Source: Flavobacteriaceae bacterium
GTDB lineage: Bacteria; Bacteroidota; Bacteroidia; Flavobacteriales; Flavobacteriaceae
Length of the DNA: 64,000 nt
Direction of reading: 5' to 3'
Assembly: GCA_013373105.1 (NCBI GenBank)
Contig: JABXIJ010000003.1
Span: forward strand, 10,452-74,451
The position numbers and the translations under genes were made by a program. The notes beneath the pieces are model-generated. The model worked only from the letters and a program-made list of their open reading frames with translations. It made no database searches and was not told the origin of the DNA. Of this stretch, positions 28,401-36,158 are shown one piece after another; within the stretch, counting starts at the first letter, position 1, and every line of letters begins with the position of its first letter.

Positions 28401-28591
28401 ATGTAAACTCTAGGTTTGGCGAACAAACTGCAACAGAAACACAGTTAATTAATCAGTTTAAAGAAGCCTTTGATAAAGCTATATCAGATACAAATGCTTT
28501 CTTTAATAACGATTGGATTAAATACAAAGAGAAAGTAGAACCTATTAAAATATCTCCTTTTAAAACAACAAAAATATTTTCAAAAGAATAA
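25403..28591 (+). CDS. Large secreted BNR/Asp-box repeat protein (sortilin/VPS10- or GH74-like double propeller)
   Basis: The signal peptide starts at the ATG at 25403. There are eleven Asp-box-like motifs: SLDAGRTW, TTDGGKTW, THDGGENW, SEDGGFTW, SEDGGKSF, TRDRGKSW, STDKGLTW, TTDGGENW, TTNYGKSW, SIDAGNKW and STSGGIKW. Confidence 0.8.
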   Translation: MKKFLTLLLLSASSLLFSQEFTMDMVKNMKPRNIGPGGMSGRVTAIDVVESNPDIMYVGTASGGIWKSTSGGIKWEPIFDKEATASIGAIDIQQSNPSVIWAGTGEGNPRNSLNGGYGIYKSLDAGRTWKLMGLENTRHIHRVIVHPTNPDVVYVGAIGSPWGEHKERGVYKTTDGGKTWKQILFNNNKTGTADLIMDPSNPNKLIAAMWEHKRDPWFFKSGGEGSGLYITHDGGENWKKITDKEGFPKGELGRIGVAIAPSNTDVIYALVEAKKNALYKSEDGGFTWKMINNKPGIGNRPFYYSEIYVDPQNENRLYTVFTYVNVSEDGGKSFKELMPAYGVSNGVHPDHHAWWIHPKDGSFMVDGNDGGLNITRDRGKSWRFIGNIPVAQFYHIAVDNEYPYNVYGGMQDNGSWRGPAYVWKAQGIRNSYWQEISFGDGFDVVPDRDDSRYGWSMSQQGNVVRYDYITGNNYGVRPTHPDPKVELRFNWNAAINIDPFDNSTLYFGSQFVHKSTDKGLTWKVISPDLTTNDPEKQKQSESGGLTMDATGAENHTTILVIEPSPIEKDMLWAATDDGQVHYTTDGGENWTNVANNIKGLPANSWITQIKASNKNKGEALLVANDYRRFNYTPYAYRTTNYGKSWERIVDENDVISYALCIIEDPENKNLLFLGTDDGLYISIDAGNKWTKWTSGFPTVSVKDLVIHPREHDLVIGTFGRAAWVLDDIRPLRAIANGGVLEKKMELFSPPTAYQAAYQQPTGSRFGADAIYHGENRNGGGILTYYINKPEEKKDKNSSKKGKKDDKKSAVKYDSIKIEIFDGNRQIRTLKFKAPKENGIHKTTWYLREKGVNRPSRRIRNSNFEPGGVTVKPGTYRVKMTFGDVTSEQNIKVEFDPRLTISEAAINQQYNASKMLEKHQEKMAEIVKQLVESQNTANSIKADLAKEDKKKYKEEIKASTEIAKKIEDLIAVFLGKIDRRQGITRNPEVTVSQRFSQASRYVNSRFGEQTATETQLINQFKEAFDKAISDTNAFFNNDWIKYKEKVEPIKISPFKTTKIFSKE

Positions 28592-28613
28592 GAAAATATA
28601 AAAACTAATATAA

Positions 28614-28646
28614 TTGTGCTTGACTTTATTTTAAAGTCAAGCACAA
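28614..28646 (+). terminator. Strong hairpin (terminator-like) after the BNR gene
   Basis: The 13-14 bp perfect stem ttgtgcttgacttt / aaagtcaagcacaa has a 5-nt loop. The following sequence is T-rich but has no clean T-run. Confidence 0.55.
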
Positions 28647-28681
28647 TATTTATACAACTTTTCGATTATAGAATTTTAAGT

Positions 28682-29362
28682 GTGATTATAAAAAAAATAT
28701 TACTCTTCTTTGTATTTGTTATTTTTTTATCAAATTGTATTTCTGGTCAGAGTAATAAAGAATTAGGGAATTGGTTTATGTATAATGGTAAACATAAAAT
28801 ATCTAAAAAATGGAGTATTGAAACTATGGCTCATTTTAGATATTATGAATTCGCTAAAAACTTTCAGCAAGAAATTTACAGAGTAGCTACAAATTATACA
28901 ATAAACAAAAAACTAAATGCATCAATAGGTTATAGCTATGTTAATACTGATTTTTTATTTGGTGAGCCAGCATCTATAACTTATGAAAACAGGTTGTATG
29001 AAGATATTAATTACACTCATTTTTCATCGAAATTAAAATTTAGACATCGCATTCGTTTTGAGCATCGTTTGATAAGAACAAACCTTACAAATAATGATAG
29101 TCATTGGTTTCGTTATGACCTAAATTTGAGCTATCCAATAGCTAAAAATCTAGCAGTTTATGCTTTTAACGAATTGTTTTTAAATTTAGATAGAAGAAAA
29201 CGTTTTGTTCAAAATTGGACGGGTTTTGGACTATTACAAACATTAAATAAATCAATAAAATTTAATATTGGATATTTACATATTAAATTACCAATTGAAA
29301 TTCAAAACAGATTGCTTTTAGGCATAATATTAAACACTAATCATACATTAACCAACAAATAA
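28682..29362 (+). CDS. DUF2490-like protein (probable small outer-membrane beta-barrel)
   Basis: The listed GTG at 28616 lies inside the terminator hairpin. The GTG at 28682 gives a signal peptide (M)IIKKILLFFVFVIFLSNCISGQ. The rest is an alternating beta-strand pattern rich in aromatic residues. The start is uncertain. Confidence 0.55.
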   Translation: MIIKKILLFFVFVIFLSNCISGQSNKELGNWFMYNGKHKISKKWSIETMAHFRYYEFAKNFQQEIYRVATNYTINKKLNASIGYSYVNTDFLFGEPASITYENRLYEDINYTHFSSKLKFRHRIRFEHRLIRTNLTNNDSHWFRYDLNLSYPIAKNLAVYAFNELFLNLDRRKRFVQNWTGFGLLQTLNKSIKFNIGYLHIKLPIEIQNRLLLGIILNTNHTLTNK

Positions 29363-29364
29363 GT

Positions 29365-30669
29365 ATGGAACCAATTATAACAAATGATGCAATAGTATTT
29401 GGAATTCTAATGATTTCTTTAGGATTTGTTTTTTATACAGAAAGTAAGACTTCTGGTTTTTGGCATAAGTTTTACAAAATTGTACCAGGTCTATTTATGG
29501 CATATTTTGTACCAGCTATTTTTACTACAACAGGAATTATAGCTCCTGAATGGAAAACAGAAAATTCTCTCGGAGAACTAATAAAACATGAATCGCAACT
29601 ATATTATGTTTCGAGCCGATTTCTATTACCAGCAGCCTTAGTTTTAATGACATTAAGTATAGATTTAAAAGCTATTTTTAATTTAGGATCTAAAGCTTTA
29701 ATAATGTTTTTTACAGGTACAGTAGGAATTATAATTGGTGGACCAATTGCTATTTTATTAATTTCTTTAGTATCACCTGAAACTATTGGTGGGTCTGGTT
29801 TTGACGCTGTATGGAGAGGTCTATCAACCTTAGCTGGAAGTTGGATTGGTGGTGGAGCAAACCAAACTGCTATGCTAGAAATCTATCAATACAACCCTTC
29901 TAAATATGGAGGTATGGTAATTGTTGATATTGTTGTAGCAAATATTTGGATGGCTATTTTATTAATTGGAATTGGTAGAAAAGATAAAATTGATAAATGG
30001 CTCAAAGCAGACAATTCTGCTATAGAAGATTTAAAAAATAAAGTAATAAACTTCACCAAGAAAGTACAGAAGAATCCTTCTTTAACAGATTATATGATTA
30101 TGCTTGCCATAGCATTTGGTACAGTTGGTTTTGGGCATTTTGCATCTAAATTTATAAGTAGTTTTTTTGCAGATTTAGTAGCGTCTATAAATTCACAAGC
30201 TTGGAGAAATATTTTTTCTTTTTTAGACTCAAGTTTCTTTTGGTTAATTAGTATTTCTACTCTTGTTGCTATAGTTTTATCTTACACAAAAGCAAGAAAC
30301 TTCGAAGGTGCTGGGGCTAGTAAATTAGGTAGTATTTTTATATACATTTTAGTAGCTACTATTGGTATGAAAATGGATTTAAATCAAGTATTTGAAAACC
30401 CAGGGCTAATGGTAGTAGGTTTAGTTTGGATGACAATTCATGCTGGACTTTTAATTATTGTTGCTAAAATTATTAAAGCTCCATACTTCTTCTTAGCTGT
30501 AGGAAGTCAAGCTAATGTTGGTGGTGCTGCTTCTGCGCCTGTGGTTGCACAAGCTTTTCATCCATCACTTGCCACAGTTGGTGTTTTATTAGCAGTTTTT
30601 GGTTATGCAATTGGAACAATTGGTGCAATTGCTTGTACAATTTTAATGGAATTAGCTGCCACATTATAA
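29365..30669 (+). CDS. DUF819-like polytopic membrane protein (putative transporter)
   Basis: A 434-aa protein with at least 10 hydrophobic helices in two halves. It starts 2 nt after the upstream gene. The family name is recalled from memory. Confidence 0.6.
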   Translation: MEPIITNDAIVFGILMISLGFVFYTESKTSGFWHKFYKIVPGLFMAYFVPAIFTTTGIIAPEWKTENSLGELIKHESQLYYVSSRFLLPAALVLMTLSIDLKAIFNLGSKALIMFFTGTVGIIIGGPIAILLISLVSPETIGGSGFDAVWRGLSTLAGSWIGGGANQTAMLEIYQYNPSKYGGMVIVDIVVANIWMAILLIGIGRKDKIDKWLKADNSAIEDLKNKVINFTKKVQKNPSLTDYMIMLAIAFGTVGFGHFASKFISSFFADLVASINSQAWRNIFSFLDSSFFWLISISTLVAIVLSYTKARNFEGAGASKLGSIFIYILVATIGMKMDLNQVFENPGLMVVGLVWMTIHAGLLIIVAKIIKAPYFFLAVGSQANVGGAASAPVVAQAFHPSLATVGVLLAVFGYAIGTIGAIACTILMELAATL

Positions 30670-30709
30670 AAATTTCTAAGATATTTGTAGCCTAAAATTT
30701 TATTGAATA

Positions 30710-31414
30710 ATGAAAAAAGTTTTTCTACTTATAATTACATCTTTAGTAATACTCTCTTGCAATTCTGAAAGAGCAACAAACATGATTGTTAAAGGAGAAA
30801 TAAAAGGCCTTAAAAAAGGAGTTTTATACTTACAAAAAATGAAAGATACACTTTTAGTAAGTGTAGATTCTGTTGCATTAAATGGCTCTAATTCTTTTGA
30901 ATTAAAAGATTATGTTGAGTCTCCAGTATTATATTATTTAACTTTCGATGCAAATAATGCTGAGAAAAGTATTTTGTTTTTTGGTGAAGAAGGTATCATT
31001 ACCATTAAAGATAATGTCGAAAATTTTGGTTTAAATCCTGAAATTAACGGTTCTAAAAATCAGTTGGTTTTAGACAAGTATATGTTAATGAGTAGAAAGT
31101 TTCAAGAACAAAACTTAGACTTATTAAAACAAGAATTTGATGCCAAAAAAGCAAAAGATAATGATTTAATGAAAAAAATAGCTGAAGATTATAAAAGGTT
31201 AGTAAGAAGAAGAGTTTTGTATACTGCAAACTTCGCTATTACGAATGCAGATACTGAAGTAGCTCCTTATTTAGCTTTAACTGAGTTATATGATGCTAGT
31301 ATTCCTCTTTTAGATACTGTAAATAATGCACTTAGTGATCGAATTAAAAACTCAACGTATGGCAAACGCTATCAACAGTTTTTAGACACTATTAAAAAGA
31401 AAGAAAAAAAGTAA
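30710..31414 (+). CDS. DUF4369-domain lipoprotein
   Basis: It has a lipobox (VILSC). It is followed by IVKGEIKGLKKGVLYLQK..., typical of the DUF4369 N-terminal domain. No thioredoxin domain follows. Confidence 0.55.
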   Translation: MKKVFLLIITSLVILSCNSERATNMIVKGEIKGLKKGVLYLQKMKDTLLVSVDSVALNGSNSFELKDYVESPVLYYLTFDANNAEKSILFFGEEGIITIKDNVENFGLNPEINGSKNQLVLDKYMLMSRKFQEQNLDLLKQEFDAKKAKDNDLMKKIAEDYKRLVRRRVLYTANFAITNADTEVAPYLALTELYDASIPLLDTVNNALSDRIKNSTYGKRYQQFLDTIKKKEKK

Positions 31415-31428
31415 CTAGAATATTAAAC

Positions 31429-31463
31429 AAAAAAAAACCGAGCTAAATCAGCTCGGTTTTTTT
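31429..31463. terminator. Bidirectional rho-independent terminator at the PUL boundary
   Basis: The sequence is A9-ccgagct-aaatc-agctcgg-T7, between convergent genes. Confidence 0.8.
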
Positions 31464-31482
31464 ACATATAATATGTTTTTAG

Positions 31483-33387
31483 TTACTGCTTAATAAATTT
31501 AGCAGTACCTACTTTATCATTAACATTATATTTTACTAAGTAAACTCCAGAAGCTAAACTACTAATACTAATAGACTCACTTGTTTTATTAATATTAACA
31601 CTCATAACTCTTTTACCTAAAACATTATAAATTTCAGCTTTCTCAATAGTTTCTTTTGCTGAAATGTTTAAGATATTGTTTGCTGGATTAGGATACATTG
31701 AGAATCCTAAAAGAGCATTGTTATCTACACTAGCCGTTGAAGCTTTATAGAAGTATATATTATCGAAATATACAAGTCCTAAATTTGAAGAAATTATATA
31801 TTGTCCAATTGACTCTCTATCTAACTTACCACCACCAGCAATAGTAAAATCTGATAATGGAATATCATAAGAAATCCAAGTTCCTGGATTAGGATTTGGT
31901 AGACTTGGGTTTGAAGCGTTTGTTGTTGAAAATTCAATAGCATTAGTCTCTCCTGCTTCTACATTCGCATGATTAGAAAGTTTATGATTTAAACTCTTAT
32001 CTAAAGTTGCTGTCTCTGTCCAAATATCAATATGGAAGTGAGTAAAATTCGTTAAATCTAACCTATTTGATGTAAAACTAACACCTAAAAAATTACCAAT
32101 ATTTACTTTTTTAATATTATTCTGAGCAATTGTTACATCTGAAATATCAGCAGAATCCCAACTTGTACCCCATTCATCAATGGTAACATTAGTGTAGGCA
32201 TCACTAAATAAAGAAATAACATCTGATGCATTTCTAGTTGGTGGAGTTGGTGGTGCATCTGTTGGTGCTGGATCTGCTGGAGGTGCAGTTAATAAACCTT
32301 TAAGATTTTTTATATAAAAAACTCTACCATCAGGTGCTCCAAATGTATTATTAGTAGTATCCCAATTAACATGAAGCGCAAAATCAGAGTAAATACCATT
32401 AGCTGGAACTTTACCATCCAAGCTTTTATCAAAGGTTAAGATTAGAGTTTCCCAACCTGTCCCAGTATGATCTACAGAGGTAACTGAATCAGGAGCACCT
32501 GACACACCACCTTGTGCTTTTGGTGCAATTGTTATTGGTGTTGTTGAGTAAACATCTAATTGCATTGTCAATTGTGTAGCAGCCGTCAATTGGTATGAAT
32601 TTTGTAAAACTACATTTATACCTTGCCAAACTTCAGCACCACTATTAGTTATTTTTATAACTTGATCAGATCCACCATCAGGATCAGCATCATATGCTGC
32701 TGCTGCACCTCCAAAGGTTCCTTCTAATCCAGTACCATTGAAAGATTCTAATAAATCGTAAGTTGGTGTTGGATTGCTTGTTGCTGGATTACTAACAACC
32801 ACACTCCCTAAATTTCCTTCTTCTGCAGGATCAGCTATTAAACCAGTTACTGAAAAACCATATTGTATAATATGACCTGCAGGTAACTCACTTGCTGAAG
32901 CGGTTACTGTAAATCCACTGTTTACGTCTGCTGAAGTTATTTCAACTCTCTTATTTGTTACAGTAGCATAATTGTTACTTGGATCTAAAGCCTTAATAAA
33001 AGCTTCTACTTTATAACCTGAGTTAATTGATACGGCATCAACATTACCGGAAAATGTTAAATCACTACCAGCTAAGCTAGAGTCTTCAACAAAACCACTT
33101 ACTTCAACATTTTTATTAGGAGTATTAGCTGCACTAAACCAACCTGCATTCCAACTACTAGCATTTTCAGCCCAAATTGCAAAATTAGGTTGTAAAGTTA
33201 ATTCATTAGAATTAAAAGTTGCTTTGTTTTTGCTAAAGTCGTATTCAAATCCGAATGCATAAGAATTATCGGCAACATTGAAAGCTGCAACATAGGATTT
33301 CCATGTCTTAGAGGCATCTAAAGTGACACTATTTTGTGCTGTAAAAACTCCAGAAAAGAGTAATAATAATAATGTAATTTTTTTCAT
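31483..33387 (-). CDS. T9SS-secreted multimodular putative glycan-binding protein (no catalytic motif seen)
   Basis: It has a signal peptide. The C-terminal ~80 aa match the Por/T9SS sorting domain pattern (MYPNPANNILNIS...IYNVLGKRV...SGVYLVKY...KFIKQ). A Pro/Thr linker (APPADPAPTDAPPTPP) precedes the shared module P-TRNASDVISLFSDAYTN...FDNIYFYK (31744-32241). Confidence 0.75.
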   Translation of the reverse strand: MKKITLLLLLFSGVFTAQNSVTLDASKTWKSYVAAFNVADNSYAFGFEYDFSKNKATFNSNELTLQPNFAIWAENASSWNAGWFSAANTPNKNVEVSGFVEDSSLAGSDLTFSGNVDAVSINSGYKVEAFIKALDPSNNYATVTNKRVEITSADVNSGFTVTASASELPAGHIIQYGFSVTGLIADPAEEGNLGSVVVSNPATSNPTPTYDLLESFNGTGLEGTFGGAAAAYDADPDGGSDQVIKITNSGAEVWQGINVVLQNSYQLTAATQLTMQLDVYSTTPITIAPKAQGGVSGAPDSVTSVDHTGTGWETLILTFDKSLDGKVPANGIYSDFALHVNWDTTNNTFGAPDGRVFYIKNLKGLLTAPPADPAPTDAPPTPPTRNASDVISLFSDAYTNVTIDEWGTSWDSADISDVTIAQNNIKKVNIGNFLGVSFTSNRLDLTNFTHFHIDIWTETATLDKSLNHKLSNHANVEAGETNAIEFSTTNASNPSLPNPNPGTWISYDIPLSDFTIAGGGKLDRESIGQYIISSNLGLVYFDNIYFYKASTASVDNNALLGFSMYPNPANNILNISAKETIEKAEIYNVLGKRVMSVNINKTSESISISSLASGVYLVKYNVNDKVGTAKFIKQ

Positions 33388-33458
33388 AATTTAATATATT
33401 TAAGTATTTAAGTATTTAATGATATAATATTACGACATTAATAAAACAAAATGCAAAA

Positions 33459-33472
33459 TTTTACCACTACAA
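33459..33472 (-). promoter_or_regulatory. Candidate operator: exact copy of the 14-mer TTGTAGTGGTAAAA (gene-sense orientation)
   Basis: The plus strand reads ttttaccactacaa. This is the exact reverse complement of 50011-50024. It lies 72-85 nt upstream of the ATG at 33387. Confidence 0.35.
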
Positions 33473-33637
33473 TACATATACAAGTTAAAATTTAACATTT
33501 TCACACAAGATATTAAATTGGATTATGAAATTATTAATTAACTAATAATCAGTAACTTATTTTAAAAAAACTAAAATTTATCACTTATACAGTATAAAAT
33601 TTTGCCCTATACATTTATTAATATTGCAAGTCTTTTT

Positions 33638-34555
33638 TTAAAATTTCAAATTTTCGTTTTTATCCCATAAACCCCAATAAGCTCCTACGTCACCTTCTGC
33701 TCCTACCTTCCAAGATTCATCAAATGAAGAGAAATAAAACACTTCTATTTCATCTTTAGCAGACCAAGCTTGAGTATTAATAAAATACTTCATTGCATTT
33801 TCGACAGATGAATGTGCCCCTCCTAAACTACTACCTTGACTTGGCCAACCTGTTTCTGTAATAATCACTTTTTTACCATTTGCAGCATGTGAAGCTTGGC
33901 TAAACATTTGCTGCATATGAGCCAATGAGTGTTCTAAGCTACAACCCTCCCAATAAGGGTAACAGTTTGCTAAAATTATATCGCAAGAATTGGTAATCGC
34001 TGGTCTATGAGAAAACTCGTAATAAGCGTCTACATAACCTACAGGAATTCCAGTACCTTTTAATACTTCTTTAACTCTCCAGATATAGTCTATTAATTGT
34101 TGTTCTGTTAAATCTTTACGATACATCACCTCATTACCAACTGCTGCTATATCTACACAACCTTCTTTTGCAAGTTGAATTAGTCCTGCAATCTCTTCTT
34201 CATTTTTTTCCATATCATCACCAAGCCAAGCTCCTACAAGATTTTTCATACCATGTTTTTTAGCGATTCGTGGTATATTTTCATTACCCTCTATACAAGA
34301 AAATGAACGAATCCAACTTGTGTAAGGTTTCAATATTTTTACACGTCTTTCAACTTGTTCTATAGTAATTGTATCACCTGGCTCTTGACCATCTTCGTAC
34401 ATACTAAAACATATTCCATGCATTCCTGCTTTTAATGTTTTATTCCAAAGGTTTCTCAAATCTTCTTCCGAGGTGTATTTGTCAAAATTTACACCAGAAC
34501 TTTCACCTATTTGTAAGTTCTTAACTAAAAACTCACGTCCTTCTCTATATGACAT
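33638..34555 (-). CDS. GH17 family beta-1,3-glucanase/transglycosylase without a signal peptide
   Basis: The GH17 catalytic blocks are present: AVGNEVMY (acid/base Glu) and ITETGWPSQG (nucleophile Glu). The N-terminus MSYREGREFLVKNLQ is hydrophilic. The upstream gene ends only 18 nt away. Confidence 0.8.
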   Translation of the reverse strand: MSYREGREFLVKNLQIGESSGVNFDKYTSEEDLRNLWNKTLKAGMHGICFSMYEDGQEPGDTITIEQVERRVKILKPYTSWIRSFSCIEGNENIPRIAKKHGMKNLVGAWLGDDMEKNEEEIAGLIQLAKEGCVDIAAVGNEVMYRKDLTEQQLIDYIWRVKEVLKGTGIPVGYVDAYYEFSHRPAITNSCDIILANCYPYWEGCSLEHSLAHMQQMFSQASHAANGKKVIITETGWPSQGSSLGGAHSSVENAMKYFINTQAWSAKDEIEVFYFSSFDESWKVGAEGDVGAYWGLWDKNENLKF

Positions 34556-34573
34556 TTTATATTAATTTTTATT

Positions 34574-36139
34574 TTATAATACTCCTCTACGCTCTATTAA
34601 TTTTTCTTTTATTTCTCTTGCTCTATTTTCACTTAAACTATAATTCCACATTACCCAAACTGCTAATGCTGCTGTTACAGATGGCACTAAAATATCTGCA
34701 ATTCTTAAGTTATTCATAGTTTCAACAGTTTGCTCTGTTACATTTGGATCAAAACCTACAATACTTAAAACAACACCTCCTAAAACCAAAGCTATTGATT
34801 GTCCTATTTTAACCATTAGCCAATAAATTGCTCCAAAGCTTCCTTCTTTACGAGGCATTCCATTTTCTAATTCATCTAAATCACAGACATCTGCAGTCAT
34901 ACTCATCATTAAAGTGAATAATCCTCCCATACCAAAAGCAAATAAAGGAATAGGTACAAATATTAACCATGGAACTTCTGTACCAGGCTCTATTGTAAAC
35001 CAAGACATTCCTACACTTTCTAAAGCTGGATTTAAAACCTCGAAAATTGAGCTTACTCCAGAACTTAAACTTTGTCCTAATGATGTTTGATTAAATTGAC
35101 TATTTAATTCTTTGTCAAATCCCCACCATTTTAGTACATAACCAATAATAGATAGAATTGTAGATATAATAAATGCTTTTCTTTTTCCAAATTTGCTTGC
35201 CATTCTAGAAATAATTGGTATTACAATAAATGCAGTTATAATTGCATTAATAGTATTAAACCAAGCGGGCCAAGTTCCTGCCAATTCATAACTACCACTA
35301 TACATATAAAACACAATAATAAAAACTCCAAAAGCAGCTACTAATTGAAATCCATTAAACACTAAAAAAGTAGCTCCACATAAGCGCATAAATGGTCTGT
35401 TTTTAGATACTTGCTTAATTCCATCTAACAGTTCTTTCATATTTTTTGCAAGTGATTTTAATGAAAGTTCTTTCCTGTTTTCCATGTTAGCAGAATCAAT
35501 TCCTTTACAGAATAATGCAGGTAAAATTCCAAAAACTATACATAATGCACCAACTATTAAAGCCATAGTTCTAACACCTTCTGTTTGTGTATTAAATGTG
35601 TTCGTATCAGGAATAATTACATACAACCAAGGAACTATCATCCAAGCTATTTGCCCCATTGTATTAGAAAACGCCATTAATCGTGTTCTTTCATTATAAT
35701 CTGATGTCATTTCATAACCTAAACCAACTAATGGTGTAGCAAACATTGTATTACCTATTAAAAACAGCAGTTGTAACACCATAACATGCCATATTATATA
35801 AGTTTGAGATGCATTATCATCTAATTGCCACATCAAGAAAAATAATACACCACTTATTATAGCTCCAATAAAAATATATGGTCTTCTTCTACCCCATTTA
35901 GATTTTGTATTATCAGAAATAAAGCCCATAATTGGGTCTGTTATTGAGTCAAAAATTCTTGGTAAACCACCCAACAATCCTGCCCACAATGGATCTACAC
36001 CCCATGCAGTTAATAAAAAGAATTGGATGAAAACCCCAAGAGTTCCTGGTAATATATTTAGGATAAAATGACCTGCACCAAAAGCTGATTTCTGACCAAT
36101 AGGTACTTTACCTCTAGATAATTTTGCTTGATTTGACAT
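34574..36139 (-). CDS. GPH/MFS-type sugar:cation symporter
   Basis: It has about 12 TM helices and the early motif GFISDNTKSKWGRRRPYI, typical of the glycoside-pentoside-hexuronide family. It is embedded among the glucanase genes. Confidence 0.85.
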   Translation of the reverse strand: MSNQAKLSRGKVPIGQKSAFGAGHFILNILPGTLGVFIQFFLLTAWGVDPLWAGLLGGLPRIFDSITDPIMGFISDNTKSKWGRRRPYIFIGAIISGVLFFLMWQLDDNASQTYIIWHVMVLQLLFLIGNTMFATPLVGLGYEMTSDYNERTRLMAFSNTMGQIAWMIVPWLYVIIPDTNTFNTQTEGVRTMALIVGALCIVFGILPALFCKGIDSANMENRKELSLKSLAKNMKELLDGIKQVSKNRPFMRLCGATFLVFNGFQLVAAFGVFIIVFYMYSGSYELAGTWPAWFNTINAIITAFIVIPIISRMASKFGKRKAFIISTILSIIGYVLKWWGFDKELNSQFNQTSLGQSLSSGVSSIFEVLNPALESVGMSWFTIEPGTEVPWLIFVPIPLFAFGMGGLFTLMMSMTADVCDLDELENGMPRKEGSFGAIYWLMVKIGQSIALVLGGVVLSIVGFDPNVTEQTVETMNNLRIADILVPSVTAALAVWVMWNYSLSENRAREIKEKLIERRGVL

Positions 36140-36158
36140 AAGTATAATTTTTAGTTTT

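Noticed and set aside
28616-28681. GTG start at 28616 for the DUF2490-like gene.
   Set aside because: The start codon and first 10 codons lie inside the 28614-28646 terminator hairpin of the upstream gene. The signal peptide begins only at the GTG at 28682.
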